Positions 46,871 through 60,241 of a stretch of DNA of 64,000 nt are shown piece by piece. The notes under the pieces are model-generated. The model was given only the letters and a program-made list of their open reading frames with translations. It had not been told where the DNA came from and made no database searches. The translations under genes were made by a program, and so were the position numbers. Source of the DNA: Azolla caroliniana (Eukaryota; Plantae; Polypodiophyta); the NCBI GenBank assembly GCA_043228905.1, contig JBHGNT010000009.1:13206001-13270000 (forward strand), read 5' to 3'. How positions within the stretch are numbered: position 1 is the stretch's first letter; each line of letters opens with the position of its first letter.

Positions 46871-49713
46871 ATTTTGTAGCATTGCACATGAGCAAAAGGG
46901 TTACAAGTGCTATAACCCCCAAACAAAACAAGTTTTAGTGAGCCGGCATGTCAAATTTGATTAGTCAACATCATGGTACTCTCTACCGACTCTGATGTCC
47001 GACTCCGACCCAATTCTGGAGGATGAGGCCAGTGATCCTAAAACGACCCGGGCAGAGGATGAAGAAGGATTCGGTACTTTGGATGAGAGTTCGATCTCAT
47101 TCTAGCTAAGTGGGCCAAATGAGCGACTGGGTCGGAATGAATAGTCAGATGAAGAGCCGGCGAGTAGTGGAGACTCGGTCGTGCTCTCCCCACGCAAGGA
47201 ACCGAAGAGACGGTTCACACGCAAAGAGAAGAGGAAGAAGAAGATATCGGAGTATGACACTAGCAAAGACGAGGTACAAGGTGGGTGTACAAGGTGAAGT
47301 ATAATGCTAACGGTTCAGTCAACCGGTACAAGGCCCCGTTAGTGGCCAAAGGATACGCGCAGACCCACGGAATCGACTACGACGAGACCTTCAGTCCGGT
47401 AGCGAAGATGACGATGGTTAGTGTGGTGCTAGCGGTTGTTGCGGCAAGGGGATGACATCTTCACCAAATGGACGTGGAGAATGCGAGGCGATCTTGAAGA
47501 ACATGTCTACATGATCCAACCCCCCAGATTTTAGTTAGAGATGAACAAGTTGGTAGTTGCTCGACTCAAGAAGTCGCTTTACGGCCTGAAGCAAGCTCCC
47601 CGTGCTTGGAACTCGAAAATCAAGCACTGGTTGCGTGAGATGGGGTTTGTAGCCTCCAAGTCCGACTCTTCACTATTCATGTGGAATGGTTCGGAACGTC
47701 TGGTATGTATCTTGCTATATGTGAATGATTTAGTCATCACCGGATCCGGCCTCACTGAAATCGGCCAAGTGAAGTCCCAACTATTGGATGCATTCGAAAT
47801 GAAGGACTTGGGGGACCTTCATTACTTCCTCATGATCGAATTGATCCACACCCCCGACGGCATGTTGCTCTCTTAGCGACACTATGTGCTTAATATGTTG
47901 TACAATTTCCGCATGACCGATTGCTAACCAGTCTCCACACCCCTAGATCGGAACCTAAAGCTTCGTCCCGACTCTGAAACGGCCTGTGATGAGAAACGGT
48001 TTCGACAAATTGTCAGAAGCTTTATTTATTTGACAATCACCCGACCCGACATTAACTATCAAGTCGGAGCATTAAGTCAGTTCATGCAGAAGTCGACTAT
48101 GGAGCACCTTCAGTGCGCGCACCAAATATATTGAGGTATGTTAGCGGCACTAAGGATCGGGGACTATTATACCGACGTGGTATAACTGAGAAGGTAGTCA
48201 GATATACAAATGCCGACTGGGCCGGAAATGCATCGGATCAATGGTCCACTTCTGTATTGATGTTCTCTCCAGGTAGTGCAGTTGTTGCATGGAGCATCAA
48301 AAAGCAGTCGAGAATGGCCCTCTCGAGCACTGAGGCTGAATATCGGAGCACTACCATTGCCACCTTTGAAGCCATCTGGCTTCGGTGGCTGCTGCAAGAC
48401 CTCCAGACCGAATTCCCGACTCTAATCCCGATCTACTGCGACAACAAGAGAAGCATGTAGCTAGCCCAAAACCCTTTGTTCCATGCTCGGACGAAGCACA
48501 TAGAAGTGCATTATCACTTTGTGCAAGAGCGGGTCCTCAACGGTGAAGTAGAACGCTAGTATGTCCAAACGGATCGGCAAGTCGCCGACATCTTCACGAA
48601 GGCCCTTGGAACTGACAAGTTGCAACATTTTTCAGAGATGCTTGGTCTTCAGCATCTCGACATGCCGCATTTGAGGGGGAGAACCGGTACTGATACGGGG
48701 AAAACCAAAACAAGAACGGAAATTGGGAAAACATGGGGAGACAAGAAGAAAAAGGAAGTCGAGTCAACTGAAGAAGTTGGCACATCCGATAAAGTCGGAA
48801 CAAGCAGCGACGACGGTAGAGTCGAGAAGGACAGAGCCGACCGGAAGGTCAAGGCCCGGACGTGGTCTGATCTGGTAAATGGCCTGAATATTGAGGACGA
48901 ATTGGAGAGACAACCAATTCTGACAAGAGTTGGAATGAATCAGAGTCACCCAATTCGGAAGCGATGCTTGATTCGGAGGAGCCGGATCAATTGAAGGCAA
49001 AACAGAGGAGGCAGCGGAAGTCGACACCGACATGGAGGAAGCGGCGGGTCGAGAAGCGCCGGAGTCGTAACAATAAAGGAGTTGAGATGGGCCTTCTCAA
49101 CAGACAAGCCTACCGAGAAGGTCGAGATGTGCGGAACCAGATGTGTCGCGGGATGACAAACCACACCAGACGAGGAGCACGAGCCAGGCGGGAGGACGCC
49201 AGGAAGAGCCGGAGGAGAGGACCGGCTACCGCAGACACTAACACTGTGATCCGACCTCAAGTTGAGCTTCAGGGGTAGTGTTGAGCGGATAAGCTCAACT
49301 GGATCCGGATCAGCTGAATAAGCCAGAGCCGGATCGCTGTCCGGAACGAAGAACTGGATCGATTTCCGAATGATATCCGAAACTAGGAGCCGGATCGGAT
49401 CGTAACCGGTAGGTCGTTAGAGGCCTACGAATCTAGCCTAGTACATAGGCATATTTCTGGGAGTGAGTGTCAGTCGCTTGTATGAGCATTGAAGTACTTA
49501 TTAGTACTTTCGTCAGTCCTTTTAAGGACTTGTATAAAAGTGCTCACTGAGCACATTGTATGTACAGAGTATTATTGTTTTGAATTGAGATTATTGTTCT
49601 GTTGTCTCTGTCTCTCCCGCTCTGTCTCTGTGATTCAAGCTTCCATTAAATCTTGTCTCTGTTGCTATCCGGATAAACCGGTTTGTCAAAGCTTCCACAT
49701 ATTAACTTTGACA
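46871..49713 (+). mobile_element. 3' half of a decayed Ty1/copia element K (end of integrase, RT, RNase H, extension, 3' LTR 49279-49713)
   Basis: [23 protein letters not shown] and YCDN motifs; degenerate PPT CAGGGGTAG, then TGTTGAGCGGATAAGCTCAAC...CTTTGACA. Confidence 0.88.
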
Positions 49714-52230
49714 TTTCTCGATTGGATCACACACCAATTTGCTCATCACTGCGGCATGGGTCGTAAAATCACGTTGCATGTATGTGTATCCTTCGGTTCG
49801 TTCATGTGAGTTGAGTTTTTAAAATTTTATGTTGTACCCTTAATTTTTGAAATTCTAGTTTTTACCCTCAAATTTTTAAAATTTTAATGGATACCCTTGA
49901 GCTTGTGAAATTCTCCTCTCTGCCCCTCTTCTCTTTTTTATTTTTCTTCTTCTTCGTCTTCTCCTTGGCTGTCTTCGCGGCCGTCACTCGGCCCTTCTCT
50001 TGGTCGCGCCTCTCGGCCGTACTCTCGGCCGCGCATCTTTGGCCGTACTCTCAGTCGCACCTCTCGACTGCGCAGCGCGTTTTGACCGTATTCTCGGCCA
50101 TGCATCTTGGTTGTGCTCTCAGCCACGCGTCACGGCCGTCTTCTCGGCCGCGTGTCTCACCGGATCTCATTCGTCATCGCCGTCTGCCGTCCACCATCCA
50201 ACTATCTCTGCCATCTGTCCAGCCATCTTCCTAACCTTTGAGTAGAGAAGTTCGCATGATGCATTCTTGAGCCTTCCTTCTCTCTTCTATTTCTCTCATC
50301 TACTTCTACTAAGACATATGAACATTGTTGACCTCCAATGTCATTGCTACTCCCTTCCAAATTAAAAGCCGCAAGGCTATGCAATTCCTTCTTCTCCTCC
50401 TCCACATTTGAGGGCGAAATCTGCGCTATATCCTATGTCACACCCTTCCCACATGCAATTCACTCGGTGTGAATTGTAGGGGCGCCTACATGAGAGAGCC
50501 CTTAGGCCATCATCTTCTCTGACAGGGCAAAATGGAAGCTCCTATAGCACCACCATCACCAGGTATACTTCTTTGTGGTTGACATTTGTGACAAAGAGTC
50601 TAGTTGAAAAGAGATGGGCGAAGGCAAAAGAGATGCAAGTGATAAAGAAGAAGATGCGAGAGGGTGATTTGATGGGACTGTCCACGAATGAGCCCTAACA
50701 GAGGCGGTGCCGCCGCCTGCAGACTCTAGTACGGCTTATGCATCAAAAATCACATTCCATGAGATTGGATAGCCATATCTCACTTGGCCTCAGTAGCTGT
50801 GTGTAGATCAACAGAGAGATTCGAGATCGGAAGCAAAATCCGAAACAAGGTATGGCAGTGTGGGAACAGTAGCTATAGTAAAAGGGCACGAAGAGGAGAG
50901 ACCCCTAGTATCGTTGTGGCAGCAGAGAGGAATAATAATGGTGATGGATTCAAGAAGTGGCAGCGATGGAAGGGGTGTTGTAGGGATTAAGAACACATAC
51001 TCGGCAGCGCTGTAAGGAGATGAAAATAGAGTCAGCGTGCGTTTGTGCTTTGATCCATGTCGATGCGAGGAGCAGCAAGCTCTTCATCTCATCCGGCTAT
51101 GGGGTATATTGTCATGGGATGTGCAATATGTGGAGAGGCTCCTCTTGTTGGGCCACTAGCAGTAGCAACCGCCATGGCTCCTCTTCCTGCTCCAACTTCT
51201 TCTACGTTGCCCCACTACACATGTAGGTCTACGAATCAAGGGCGCCTAGAGGAAGCCAAAGATTACAGCCATGGCGTTTTTCCTACAGAAGAGGAAGCGT
51301 CATCATTATCATAGGTGGGGGTGAAGAAGAACGCAGGCAGTAGCGGATTTGATGTATCCTACAACAATCTCAGTCTGAGTCGCATTAGAGAACGACCATC
51401 AAATTGAACTGTGGGTGTGGCATGCCATGGCATCTTCATTATCTCTTTCTCATCATTTCATGAAAATTAAAACTGAGAAGCTACATCCACTTTGTCTTGT
51501 GAGTTTCTTCTTCTTCAGGAAGCAAACACAGACACAGACACATAAAGACAAACAATCACACAAAAGAGGGAGAGAGAGAGAGAGACTCAGACAAAGGGGG
51601 GAGAGTGAAGGGGAGAGTGACTTCTTTCTCAGGGGAATAATGTTGAGATCTCCATTACAGGATGGCTCTAGTACACAGTCCATGCACACATCCCTCTCTC
51701 TAACACAAATAATACTAACAGACGCACAGAGAGGAGTAGATAGAGATTAGTGATGGAGAGCGAGAGTGAGGGATAGACTTCCTCTAGGGAGGGTCGGCCG
51801 TTCAGGCATGCCAAAAGTGTTAATGGGTGGGGGGTGAAGCCTAGAATGGCTTCATCCCCCTCCCAATGGGGTTACGATAGAGAGAGAGAAGGAGAGAGTA
51901 AAAAATAAGAACGACACCAAAATGAGAGCGAATAAGTTATATTCGTACAAGAGGTACCGTTACAAAAGAATGAGACAAGCAGGGAATTACATTATTGACC
52001 CTCTCTCACTTTTGTACACATGCACACAAATATGCATGTGTTCATACACATACTCATCATAACACATTCATACACTTTACACAAGTGTGCTAGCTGTAGT
52101 CATCGATGAAGGAGACGAAGTATCGATCCTCATACTCATACACATACTCATCCACACACATTCATACACTTTACACATACGTATCAACCTCATTATCATG
52201 TTCAACTCCTACACCGCCCCGTACAACTCA
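49714..52230 (-). mobile_element. Truncated, older relative of element F (element J)
   Basis: 49760-49950 resembles F 23390-23650; 51818-52230 resembles the F LTR (TAGAAT hairpin, CATGCACAC...GCATGTGTTCA, CCGTACAACTC); minus-strand PBS-like TGGCATGCCTG starts at 51813. The middle part (50230-51750) is unassigned. Confidence 0.65.
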
Positions 52231-54500
52231 TCGAAAAGAAGAGTGAAGTCTTTGACTATTTCCAGAACCTAAAAAGCTTAGTAGAGAGGGAAACAGAAAG
52301 AAAGATCAAGTGCATGCGGTCGGATGGGGGGAAAGAATATTTTTCTGGCCAGTTCAATTGTTACCTACAGCAAATGGGAATTCGGCGTGAATTCAATTGT
52401 AGATATACATTGGAGCAGAACGGCGTGGCCGAAAGGAAGAATCAGTTGATTGTTGAAGCGGCACTGGAATTGATGGAGGAGAAGAGCATACCCAAGTTTT
52501 ATTCGGTCGAAATTGTTTGGACTATGGTGTATATTCACAGAGAGAAGATGTCGGCACACGAGTTGTATTTCAGGTGAAAGCCGAACTTAAGACACTTGAG
52601 GGTATTCGGTAACATTGCCCATGTGCATGTGCCAGATGAGAAGAGGAAGAAGTTGGACACGAAATCGGAAAAGTGCATATTGGTCGGCTACTCACATGAA
52701 TAGAAGGGGTATAAGTGTTATGACCCTTGGACCAAACAAGTCTGGGTAAGCCCAGACGTTGTGTTCGACGAGTCAGCGTCTTGGTATGCTCTTCCGACTC
52801 CGATCCCTGAAAAGTTCGACACCCCGATTTCTGAGGATGAGGCCAGTGAAGCCCACATGATCCAAGAAGAAGAAGAATATTTTGGCACTCTAGGAGAGAA
52901 TTCGATTCCATTCCGGCTTAGTGGCCTGAATGAGGAGTTGAGTTGGAATGACCATTAGAACAAAGAGTCAGCGAGCAGTGACGACTCGGTCATGCACTCC
53001 CTACGCAAGGAACCGAGGAGACGGTATACATGCAAGGAAAAGGGGAAGATTAAGATTCCGGACTACGACACAAATAAAGGCATGTCGGATCACGGAGAAT
53101 CTGACACCAACCGAAGTGAAGACAGACCTTAAGAGTTGAGGTCGGATGCAGCCAAGAGGTCTCTCAAATCGGTGAATGAGAAGCTCTGCCGATCGACTCG
53201 CCACAAGAAGCCGGTGATCCAGTATGGATATAACAAATACATGGCACACCATTATGTGTACATGACAAAAGTGGCGGAAGTCCGCGAGCTAGAGAGCTAT
53301 GAGGAGGCATCACAGGATGCCAAATGGCGTTTAGCCACGGAGGAAGAAATGCGGGCACTTGATGCCAATGACACATGGGACTTGGTTGACCCTCCTCAAC
53401 ACTGCAAACCAATCGAATGTAAGTGGGTATACAAAGTAAAATACAATGTCAACGATTTGGTCAACTAGTACAAGGCCCGATTGGTGGCCAAGGGATATGT
53501 GCAGACCAACAGAATCGATTACGACAAGACCTTCACACCGGTGGCAAAGATGACGATGGTTCGTGTAGTGCTAGCAGTCACAACTGCAAGGGGGTGACAT
53601 CTCCACCAAATGGATGTGAAGAACGCATTTCTTCAAGGAGATCGTGAAGAACAAGTATACATGGTCCAGCCACCCAAATTTCAATCGGAGCTGAACAAGT
53701 CGGTAGTATGTTGGTTGAAGAGGTCGCTTTATGGCCTCAAGCAAGCCCCCGTGCTTGGAACTTGAAAATCACACACTAGTTGCGTAAGATGGGGTTTCCA
53801 GCCTCCAAATCCGACTCTTCTCTGTTCATTCAGAAAGGTCTCAAAGGTCTGGTCTGCATTATGTTGTACGTAGATGACTTGGTCATCATTGGACCCGATC
53901 TTGCTGCAATCTGCCGAGTTAAGTCCCAATTGTTGGACACATTCGAGATGAAGGACCTTGGGTACCTTCACTGCTTCCTCGGGATCAAAGTTATCCACAC
54001 CCTTGATGGCATATTGTTATCCCAATGACATGATGTGCTGAATATGTTGTACAAATTCGGCATGATAGACTGTTGATCCGTCTCCACTCCTCTCGATAGA
54101 AACCTGAAGCTACTTCCCAACTTGAGAGCGACCTACGATTAGAAATAGAGGATTTGGGGGGCCTTCATTACTTCCTCAAGATCGAAGCAATCCACAGCCC
54201 CAATGACATGTTTCTGACTCAACGACATATGTTGTACAAATTCGAAATAACGGAATTTTGATCCATCACCACCCCTCTTGATCGAAACTTGAAGCTTCGT
54301 CAGGACTCGGGCACAACTTGCGATGAGAAATGGTTCTAGAAAATTTTCGGAAGCCTAATATATTTGACGATCGCTCGACCAGATCTTAGCTATCTAGTTG
54401 GTGTGATCAGGCAATTCATGCAGAGACCAACACTCGAGCACCTTCAGTGCGCACATTGGATATTGTGATACATGAGTGGCACGAAGGATCCTAGATTGCT
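52231..54500 (+). mobile_element. Decayed Ty1/copia integrase-RT fragment, with a second divergent RT segment joined at about 54150
   Basis: MRSDGGKEY, QNGVAERKN, KWVYKVK, LYVDDL; the segment DLG.LHYFL...PLDRNLKL appears twice (about 53950-54140 and 54150-54330). Confidence 0.85.
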
Positions 54501-57240
54501 TGTAAAAGTTATGTGTGGAAGTGTAGACACCGGCTCAGCCTGATAGAAACAGAGAGACAGAAATGAAGGTTTAATGGAAGCTTGAGAATACACAGTACGT
54601 GGGAGAGACAAAGAGAGAAGAACATAAAAATCTATTAAAAAATAATGAGCACTCTGTCCACACAATGTGCTCAGTGAGCACTTTTATACAAGTCCTTAAA
54701 GGACTGACAAAAGTACTTACATGTACTTCAATGCTCGTACTGAGCGACTAACAAAAACTCCTAAAAATATGCCTACGTACTAGGCTAGGATCGTAGACCT
54801 CTAACGGCCTACCGGTTACCCCGATCCAGATTACGGTCCGGCTCTTGTTTCTGGATGCCTATCCGGCTCTCGTTCCAGACACCAATCTAACTCTTTGCTT
54901 ATTCAGCCAATCCGGATCATGTTGAGTTTGTCCGCTCAACACTCCCCCTCAAGCTCAACTTGAGGTCGGATCGTGGTGTCAGTGTCTGCTGGTTCTTTCC
55001 TCTGGCTCCTCCTGGCGTCTTCCCGTTGTGCTCGCACTCCTTGACCCGTCTGGTCCAGCGCACTTCGACCTTCTTAGTTGGCTTGTCTGCTCCCTTGGCC
55101 CATGTTGGCACCCTCATTGTCGCGGTACTAACGCTGGTCGACCCATCGGTTCTTCCGTGTCGGTGTTGGCTTCAGCTGCCATTTTGTCCGCTTGGACTTC
55201 AACTCATTCGGCTCTTCCGAGTTGAATTCCTCAAGTGAATCAGGTAACTCCAATTTTTTCCGGCTCTTGTCTGAATCGGCTGTCTCCAATTCATCCTCCT
55301 CCAAGCCGTTAACCACATCTGCCCATGTCTTGGTCCTGGCCTTCCTTCTTCTGATTGGCCCTGTCCTTATTGACTTTTCCGACTTTACCGACTCTCTCAG
55401 CTCGATCTCCCCCTGGTTTCGATTGGCTCTGGCTTCGGCTCTCTCTTTCAACTACTCCTGCTACATCTGGCTACTCTTCGTTTGGCCGATTCGAGCGTTC
55501 CAACTTCATCAGTTGGTCCAAAATCGAATTCGTCATCGAATTCGGCTTTCTGGACATCATCTCTCTCCTCCTTTTCAACTTCATCTCTCCTCCTCAAGTT
55601 TGGCATATCGAGGTGTGGGAGACCAAGCATGCCCGAAAATTGCCACAACTTGTCCAAGCCGAGAGGTTTGGTGAAGATATCAGCCACCTGCCAATAAGTT
55701 CAAACATAAACAAGTTTGACTTCACCAGAAAGGACTTGCTCACGGACAAAATGATAGTGCACCTCAATGTGCTTGGTCCAGGCATGGAAGACAAGGTTCT
55801 TCGCAAGTTGGATCTTGCTCAGGTTGTCATAGTAGATCGTTGTCGGATCGAACACCTCCACTTAGAGATCCTTCAATAGCCATTTGAGCCAAATGGCTTC
55901 GCATGTCGTGACAGCCATTCCTCTATACTCAGCCTCCGTGCTAGATAGTGCCACTATTGACTGATTTTTGCTACTCCAAACGACTGCAGTGCATCCAAGT
56001 GAAAACGCATAACCGGATGTAGACCTGCAATCGTCAGTGTTTCCGGCCCAATCGACATCCGTGTAGCCGACCAATTGTTTGACAGTATCGGTCTGATACA
56101 ACAATCCCCTGTCCTTAGTGCCGCTGACATACCTGAGGATTCGTTGCACGCTAAAGATGCTCTAGGGTTGGACGCACCATGAATTGACTAATCAAGCTGA
56201 TTGGATAGTTGAGGTCCGGCCGGGTGATGGTCAAGTATATAAGGCTTTCAACTATCTGTCGGAACCTTTTTGGGTTGCATGTCGTTCTGGAGTCGGGGTG
56301 AAGCTTCACATTCCTATCTAGAGGTGTTGAGACACATTTGCACTCCGTCATTCTGAAATTGAAGATACTCAGCACATAATGTCGTTGGCTGATTGGTATG
56401 CCTTCGGGGGTGCGGATTACTTTTATCCCGAGGAAGTAATGAAGGTCCCCCAGATCCTTTATGTCAAACGATGATGCTAGTTAGGACTTGACACAGCCGA
56501 TTTCTTCTTGGTCAGCACCGGTGATGACTAAGTCATCAACGTAAAGTAAAATACTAACCGGCCCACTCCAACCTTGTCGGATGAAAAGTGAAGAGTCTGA
56601 CTTCGACGTTGTAAAGCCCATCCGACACAATCGTTGCGTGATCTTCGCATTCTAGGCACGCGGGGCTTGCTTGAGTCCGTAGAGGAACTTCTTCAGTCGG
56701 AAAAATGTTGACGTGCTCATCCCTGAATGAAATACAGGGGGTTGTACCATGTACACTTGTTACTCAAGCTCACCTTGTAGGAACACATTCTTTACATCCA
56801 TTTGATGTAAGTGTCACCCCTTTGCCGCAACTACCACTAGCAAGACACGGATGGTCATCATCTTTGCGACCGGTGAAAATGTCTCATCGTAGTCAATGTC
56901 GTGTTGTTGTGCATAGCCTTTCGCCACTAATCGGGCCTTGTATCAGTTGACAGAGCTGTCGGTGTTGTAGTTGACCTTGTACACCCATATGCATCCGATC
57001 CCCTTCACCCCTTTTGATACGTCAACCAAGTCCCATGTTTTGTTCTCCATGAGTGCATGCATCTCTTCCCCCATGGACTTTTTCCAATTCGGATCCTTGG
57101 CCGCTTCTACATAGCTCTCCAGCTCAAACACTGTTACCACCTTCGCCATGAATGCATAATGATGTGCCATATAATCATTGTACCCATACCGAACTACGGG
57201 CTCCTTCTGGCAGGTAGATCGACACATTTTCTGCTCCAAA
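54501..57240 (-). mobile_element. 3' half of Ty1/copia element L (RT, RNase H, extension, 3' LTR 54941-54501)
   Basis: Minus-strand ORFs 56943-57362, 56151-56375, 55862-56149 and 55448-55687; PPT GAGGGGGAG at 54950-54942; LTR TGTTGAGCGGAC...TTTTACA. Confidence 0.9.
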
Positions 57241-58870
57241 TGGGAAAACCCCAAATGGGAAAAACCACGGGGGTCCACAAACCCTGAGAAAAATAGATCA
57301 CTATAGTAGAGAGGAAGTACAGATACGGAACTCAGAGGCAACGACCTCGAGTTCTCCTTCATCTGTCAGACGACTACAGAGTTACACTCTCACTCGCTCA
57401 CATAGGGTTACAGAGGCAACTACCTCGTTCTAACTTTTCAGTAATGATCAACTACCTACTCCCATAAAGTTTGCCCTAGTTGCTTATAAACCAAAGCGAC
57501 TTTCTAGCTATTTACAACTATAGCCCCCAGGAGGCAGTTTAGACTATTTACAATTATAGTCTTCCGAAACGATTTCGGTATTTGATTTTGATTTTGATTT
57601 TGATTTCGGTTTTCAATTTCGGTTTCAGTTTCGATTTCAATACACACCAACACGGTACTTCTCTTCCCATCCGGAGGGACATGTTTCTCAACAAACTCCT
57701 CCTTCACCCCGACATGGGGTACTTCACCAAACTGACTCTCTGTCGGCACACGTTTAGCCTTTCGGCTAACAACACCTTCGTCAACATATCTGATCCATTT
57801 TCAGTCGTGTGGATCTTCACTAGAGCAAACTCCTTTTCTTCTACTTGCTCTCGAAGCCAATGATATCTTCTCTGGATGTGTTTGGTCCTCGAGTGGTGGG
57901 CGGTATTTTTCGCAAGGTGGATGGCACTTTGGTTATCGCAATGGAGTTGGAATTCCTCCTGTCGAATTCCCAGCTCACCAATAAACTCCTTCATCCATAT
58001 GATTTCCTTGCCGGCTTCCGTTGCGGCCATATATTCGGCTTCTGTGGTCGACAACACCACGACCTTCTACAGCCTCGACTACCGCGAAACGGGTCCCCCT
58101 CCATAAGTCATTACATACCTGGACGTGGATCAGCTGGTATCCACATCAGCCGACATGTTCGAGTCAGTATAACCTTCTAATGTGGGGTTATCCGAACCAA
58201 AACGAAGACACACATTCGAGGTGCCTTTTTGGTACCGAAGTATCCACTTCACGGCAACCCAATGCTCTCTTTCGAGGTTGCTCATATATCGGCTAACCAC
58301 GCCGATTGCATATCCTATATTTGGCATGGTACATACCATCGCATACATCAGGCGTCCAACTGCCAAGGCATAAGGAACTTTTGACATCTCGGGCTTCTCG
58401 GTTTTCGATTTCGGACATTGTTCTTTGCTTAGCTTGCAGTTCGTCGGCAATGTTGAGCCGACCGGTTTCGCGCTTTCCATGCCGAATCTCTGGAGCACCT
58501 TTGTCACGTATTTTTCTTGTGACAGCCACAACAATTTCTTTGTTCGATCCCGAACAATGTGAATCCCCAGGATTTGCTTTATCGGACCCATATCCTTCAT
58601 CGAGAACGATCTGCTAAAGGCTTTCTTCAACACTCGGTTTCGATCGATTGAGAACTAACTGAAGAGTGAGGGGGTTGTATTAACTCGGCCGACTGGCCCG
58701 AATTCGATTTCGATCGATTCGGTAGTTGGAGACTTATTCTCAATCTCCCAGTCAACTATTGTCTTTTCCTCCATGAAGACAATGTCGCGGCTTCTAATCA
58801 ATTTCTTCTCGGCTAAGTCCCATAGACGATAGCCAAATTCATCATTGTCGTAGCCGAGAAATATGCATGG
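57241..58870 (-). mobile_element. 3' part of a different copia lineage (Tnt1/Tork-like) element M inserted in L; internal deletion near 58635
   Basis: LSTTEAEYMAATEAGKE, HSRTKHIQRRYHWLRE and VPYALAVGRLMYAMVCT motifs; PPT GAAGGAGGAG, then LTR 57693 to about 57241; integrase tail IFLGY...YRLWD at about 58800-58860. Confidence 0.85.
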
Positions 58871-58871
58871 T

Positions 58872-60095
58872 CAAGATCGGGTCCAACTTCCCCCTCTGGT
58901 CCTTTGCCACATGCACATAAGCAAGACAGCCGAACAAAAGGAACAAGAGTTGAATCGCAGCAGTCCCAGGCCTAAGCACCGAAGGCTAGATCTGAAGGAT
59001 GGTTGCGGATTGGTAAAGGATACAGCCGCACCGATCGAAAATTCTGCCCCCACGGAACCCACGACCACATTAGAACTCATCAGGGAGCCGCAACCAATCA
59101 TAACGGCACAATCGCAACATGGAAAAGGCATGCTTACGGCAAAAAGTGAAGTGTTACACTATCCGGACATTCCGGATATGGCCCATGAGTTCGGTGCGTT
59201 GTTACAATTCGGGACGACATATGAACTCATGGAATTCCTGGCGACACAACAGATCAAGGTGTCCCATCGAATGTCCGAGCAACACGCCAAGCAACAAATG
59301 ATTAAGCGTGCACTAACACAGACGGCGGAGAGCAAAGATGAGGATCCACTAGCGAAAGTGGGCCGGAAACGTAATACAAGGGTCCGGTGGGTTGGAATTG
59401 AATTGCCTCCCTTGAATGTTGCCTTAGTAGAGGTTCATCGGGAGTTAGCAAAAGTGAGCCTAGGTACCAAAGATATGGCAATCAAAAATAAAAATGTTTA
59501 GAAAACAGTAAAAATGACCCAAAAATAATTGAACAAGGCGCAGGAGCAAATCGCGCAACTAGAGTACAATGCGGCCAGTACACGACCTCCCCTTGCCCCT
59601 GCATTGCACAACACGGAAGTTCAGATGCTAAGGGAAGAGGTGGAGGCCCAAGCAGCACTCACTACAAAGGCAAAAAGGGCTACGAAGCTAGCCGAAACAA
59701 AGATTGACTGCCTCAGATCGAAGCTCCGCCAATCATTTGACAGAGAAGTAGACATCAGGGCGAAAGGATGCAAGGAGGTTAGAACACTTCAAGATAAGCT
59801 CGATGCGGAACAAAGGAAGAGAAGGAAAAGCTGCAGGAGGAAGCAAGCAAAAAGGAGGCTGTCATTACGGCGTTACAGGAATTAGCACAAAGGAAGAAAG
59901 CATGGTATGAAGAGTAGCTCCCACATGAGCATGAACAAACCCACCAAGTCAAAATTCTCTTGAATAATGAAATGGGCTGGCTCGAGCAACTGCACTTGAA
60001 GGAGTCCCAGATCTGGGCATAGATGAAGACCCACTATGAAGAGGCGGTCGCGGTGACAGCTAACAAAAGGAAAATTGAGAATCTAAAGAAGGTGT
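58872..60095 (+). mobile_element. Fragment of a second element-I-family gypsy containing only the extra-ORF region
   Basis: ORFs 58863-59501 and 59529-59885 are collinear with about 44000-45150. Confidence 0.85.
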
Positions 60096-60196
60096 TGTCA
60101 GGAACAGTACTAAGACAGAGACAGAATTAGTACTAAAAGATGAGGATTAGTACTAAGGGAGGTGTAGAACTCTCGAGAGAAGGAAAGAGTGAGTAG

Positions 60197-60241
<45 letters not shown>

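Noticed and set aside
20865-49713. Treating LTR 20865-21191 and LTR 49279-49713 as the two ends of one copia
   Set aside because: They differ in length and U3 content, and the flanks (CCTTA vs TTTCT) are not a TSD.
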